The notes under the pieces were generated by a model. The model did no database searches, was not told where the DNA came from, and saw only the letters and a program-made list of their open reading frames with translations. Position numbers and translations under genes: made by a program. A DNA stretch of 64,000 nucleotides from Callorhinchus milii (taxonomy: Eukaryota), in NCBI RefSeq assembly GCF_018977255.1, contig NW_024704743.1, positions 248,001 through 312,000 on the forward strand, given 5' to 3'. Within the stretch, counting starts at the first letter, position 1; the number at the start of each line of letters is the position of its first letter. Below are positions 60,131 through 64,000 of the stretch, piece by piece.

Positions 60131-62982
60131 ACTACCACTGAGCCAGACTGACATAATGGAAGCTCGTGCCCACCATTTGCCCCGAGGGGTGTGTGAGGGG
60201 GTTCATGAGTGCAGGTTGCAGTATCACACTGGATTCCTGGGATCATGACGCACTATTAGCAAACTGGGCCTTTAGTGCTGCTATCCGGCAATCCCACTAG
60301 AAAGCTAAGGGGCTGCCTTGACATCCCTGAAATGACTGAATAATTTTCTGGACAGACATGGATAGCTATCTGCCTGGGGACGGGATGGGAGAACAGATGG
60401 AGATAATCAAAAAGCCGGCTGGAACATGACGGTTCCTGGTGCCTGGGAACTGAGAGGCCAAAGGAGGAGATTGGTCGGAGATGAATAATGTAGGATGTGA
60501 GTTAAGATTAGATATTCTGCTCCAGGGTTGCTGCGGGAAATGGGGGGCGGAGAGGAGAGAGATTTTCTCAGCAAACTAAACGGGGCTCAGTGGAGCATGT
60601 GACGGAGGGGGAATGAATGGTTTATTCTCGTACATAACACTGTCTAATTATCTTATATAACATGTGATACCAAAATGCATCAAAGCACTACAGACTGTTG
60701 ATTTATAGGCAAACGAGGCAACCATATGCTGTACATGGTAAATCATCACAAACAGCCATGAAAAGAATATCCGATTTATCAGGAACTGACATCTCTCCTC
60801 CAAAAGTGTCATGGCATCTTTATCGCCCACCACAGCAGGTAGTTGGGGCCTCAATTTATCACTTCAGGAGAGGGGTAGACTGACTGTGTGTATTCCCTAC
60901 TTCAACAACAACTACTTGCAGTGCCTTTGCCTTGCCTCCTCCCTTTCCTCCTTCAAGGCCGGTCTCAAGACCTTTCTCTTTGACCGTGCCTTCAGCTCCC
61001 CTCTCAACTCTCTACCCCCTCCTCGCTCCCTTCCTTCCCTCCCCTGACCATTTCCCCCTTGCTCGGATCCTGACCCAACTGTACAGCGCCTTGGGACGTC
61101 CTCCCGACGTGAAAGACGCTCAATAAATGGAATCTTGTTGTTGTTGAGGTCAGCGTCCGGAGCTCTAAGGACGATAAAGCATCGCCGATCAGATAGCTGA
61201 ATAGATAGCACACAGCTGTACAGCGGCTTACACATTAGGAGGATGTCCCAAGGCACGGGAAGGTCAGGGATTTAGACCAGAGCTGGGGGGCGGAGGGCAG
61301 GGAGAGTGAAGGTAGGAGGATGGCCAAAGGCGCAGTCGAAGAGGAGGGTCTTGAGACTTGTCTTGATGGAGGTAAGGGAGGGGGTGAGGCGAAAGGACAG
61401 TGGGATGAAGTTCCAAAAGTGGAGGCATAGAGGCTGAAGACTTGACCGCTGATGATGGGGAGGGGTGTGGTACGCGAAGCAGGCCAGAGACTGCTGAGCG
61501 GAGGGAGCAGACAAATTGATATGGGGTTAACAGGGTCTCAGAGGTCATTAGTGGGTTAAATACAGCGTGACACAGGCAATACCCATGTGCAGGTGGCAGG
61601 TGTATGTTGAACACTGTCTGAATCGGAACATTCTGAAGCAAGGGGACGTCCTCCTGCGACATCTGTAAAGCGCCTGACGTGAAAGGAGTTATACAAGTAT
61701 CATTTATTGTGGTTAAAGAATCTTACAGCACAGGAGGCCATTCGGCCTATCGTGTCTGTGCCGGTTCTTTGAAGGACCTACCAACCAAGTCCCACTCCTC
61801 CACTCTTACCCCATTGTTTTGAAAATATTTTTCCTTTTTAAGTACCTATCCAATTCCCTTTTGAAAGCTACTATCAAATCTGCTTCCACCACCCTCCCAG
61901 GCAGTGCATTCCAGACTGGAACAACTCTCTGGGTACAAATAAAAGCTTCTCCTCATCTCCCTTCTGGTTTTTAGATCTGTTCTGAGCATATTGGATACCT
62001 GGCTAACCAAAATAAAAAATGCAACTAGTCTTCCCCAAGCACTGCTTTTCCCCCACCTCGCCAACCATGTATTGTGTGCCAATAATTGCAAGCTAGTTTG
62101 TATTGTGGCATTTCTCTCCCCCTCCCCCCATTCCCAATTAGGAGCTGTGCTGACTGCCTAAACAGCATTACACAGACACTGGAACAGAGAAAAGACTTTC
62201 ATTCATCACAGCTGTGAATGTTGAAAAAAGAATCCCTGTTTGATATCGCATCTACAACACTGATGGGTCTCAAAGCACTTCACAATAATTACTACTAAGT
62301 AGATTCTATGTGTTTGTAGTCAAACAAAGCAACACATTTGCATACAAGATCCCACAAACAGCCATAAGGTGAATGACTAATTTTATCAGGATTTTTGGCC
62401 AAGACCCCAAACTCCTTTCTCTTTTTAAATCCTCCACAATATCTTTAACCCTGTCCTTGGCTGAAATGGAGCAAAAAAAAACTGAATCCTGATCAGGTAG
62501 ATGCAACCTCAGTTTAACGTAACATCTCATTCGAAGGATGGCACTTCTGACAGAGCAGCATCCCAGTACTACAGTAATCAGCATAGCCTGGACTGCGAAA
62601 CCCAAATTCCAACTTGTGGCTGACATTTTAGTCCAGAACTGGGTGATGCTGCATCGCTAGACATGCCATCCCTTGAGTAAGACTTTAAACTTACCTGACA
62701 GCTCTCAGGGTAGGAGAGTTAATCTCCTGTGTCTCACCTTCCTCTAAGACTGAATTATTAAAAAGTTGGCTTAATAATAATAATCCTTGCATTTGATATA
62801 GCACCTTATCCCGTTGTTGAGAGGTCTCAAAGCGCTTCACAGAATATACCGTACAGTGAATTGTTTAAGGTTTTGCCTTGGATCCTCTCGCTTGCAAGGC
62901 GAGTGCTCTATCCACTAATTTACAGGACTCCTGTAGAGGAAAGGCCATAGGACTGAGCCAGGCCAGAGCCAGGTGTGCTTAC

Positions 62983-63124
62983 CTGTGAATCTGTCCGTTC
63001 TTGTGAAGATAGTCCAGCCCCTCCAGCACCTCCTTCATAATGGTTGCAATGACGGCCTCCTCCAGAACCCCAGTCTTGTGGTCTCCTCTGGCCACCACGT
63101 GTTTAATAATATCTAACACAGAAC
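62983..63124 (-). CDS. OXSR1: OXSR1 kinase exon (homologous exon 4; [48 protein letters not shown])
   Basis: 142 bp, AG/GT boundaries, kinase subdomains V-VI of the OXSR1/STK39 family. Confidence 0.95.
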
Positions 63125-63379
63125 CTGCAAAGCACAAACACAAAGCAAGGATCACTAGGTTTCTATCAAAAAATTATATGACCCCTTTACCTTAAAAAGG
63201 AGTCAGCTACAGGGGTATTGGAAAGGCCAGGTAAATGGTACCTCTTCACGTCCACTGCCCTGTATCGGCAGCTGGGCTTTCTGGTATTCCATCCCAGAGT
63301 CTCTTTGCCTAGCCCCTGCCCTCACCTCTTTCAAGGTCTGTCTCAATACCTTTCCCTTTGAACCAACTTCGGAGGCTAT

Positions 63380-63745
63380 CTGGCCCATGCAGTTTCTTTG
63401 AAAGAGCTACCAATTAGTCCCCGCTCTTACCCCATAGCCGTGCAAATTTTTCCTTTTCAAGTAACTAACTAATTCCCTTTTGAAATCTACAATCGAATCT
63501 GCTTCCATCACCATTTCCAAATTGTAGCAACTCTGTTTAAAAAAAATTCTCCTCATCGCTTCTCTGGTTCTTTTGCCAATTATCTTAAATCTATGTCCCT
63601 TGGTTACCGATCTACTCCCCATAGGAAACAGTTTCTCTTTATTTACTCTATCGAAACCCCCACATAATTTTGAACACCTCTGTTAAATCTCCCCTTAACT
63701 ATCTCTGCTCTAACAATCCCAGCCTCTCTAGTCTCTCCACATACT
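63380..63745 (-). mobile_element. CR1-clade LINE 3' end
   Basis: SVTKGHRFKIIGKR...RRIFFKQ...FKRELVSYLKRKNLHGYG. Confidence 0.85.
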
Positions 63746-64000
63746 CTTAACTTCCCAAGTATCTTTTACCTTTTAAAACAACGCATCCAATTTGAGTTCA
63801 AAGAGTTTATAAATAGCTTCTCATCACTTTGTGCTGCATGCGGTCGAGAGAAACGAGTGAAGTACAACTGTAATGAGTTGCCTGGCCAAGTTGGCAGAAC
63901 CAAAGGAATGTGATCTATTAAAGGCCAGAGCTTTCTGAAGCATCTCAAGATCCTGAACAGACTCACCGCCACTGAGCAGCTTCATCACCAGCCACAGCTC

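Overview
Vertebrate genomic DNA, probably from a cartilaginous fish (inferred from the tRNA-derived SINE with a Deu-like body and the CR1/L2 repeats; not proven). It holds two convergent genes. On the + strand is a Xin actin-binding repeat gene whose protein matches XIRP1: a 6.3-kb exon (8017-14280, about 27 Xin repeats). It is flanked by two small upstream exons and by downstream exons encoding a half-degenerate LIM domain, a KLKITWPP motif and a long acidic tail with an 11-aa tandem repeat. Splice phases show the giant Xin exon can be skipped in frame, giving an XIRP2/LIMA1-like LIM isoform not described for mammalian XIRP1. A 1-nt frameshift interrupts the terminal exon near 18.2 kb. On the - strand are 15 coding exons of the STE20 kinase OXSR1 (exons 4-18 by homology, 63124 to 29691); the 5' exons lie beyond the window. 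Introns are dense with SINE, L2 and CR1 fragments. The left ~15 kb is GC-rich, with minisatellites and AT-to-GC-shifted SINE copies. Two strong hairpin loci lie in OXSR1 introns. Comparisons with human proteins are from memory, not from a database search.
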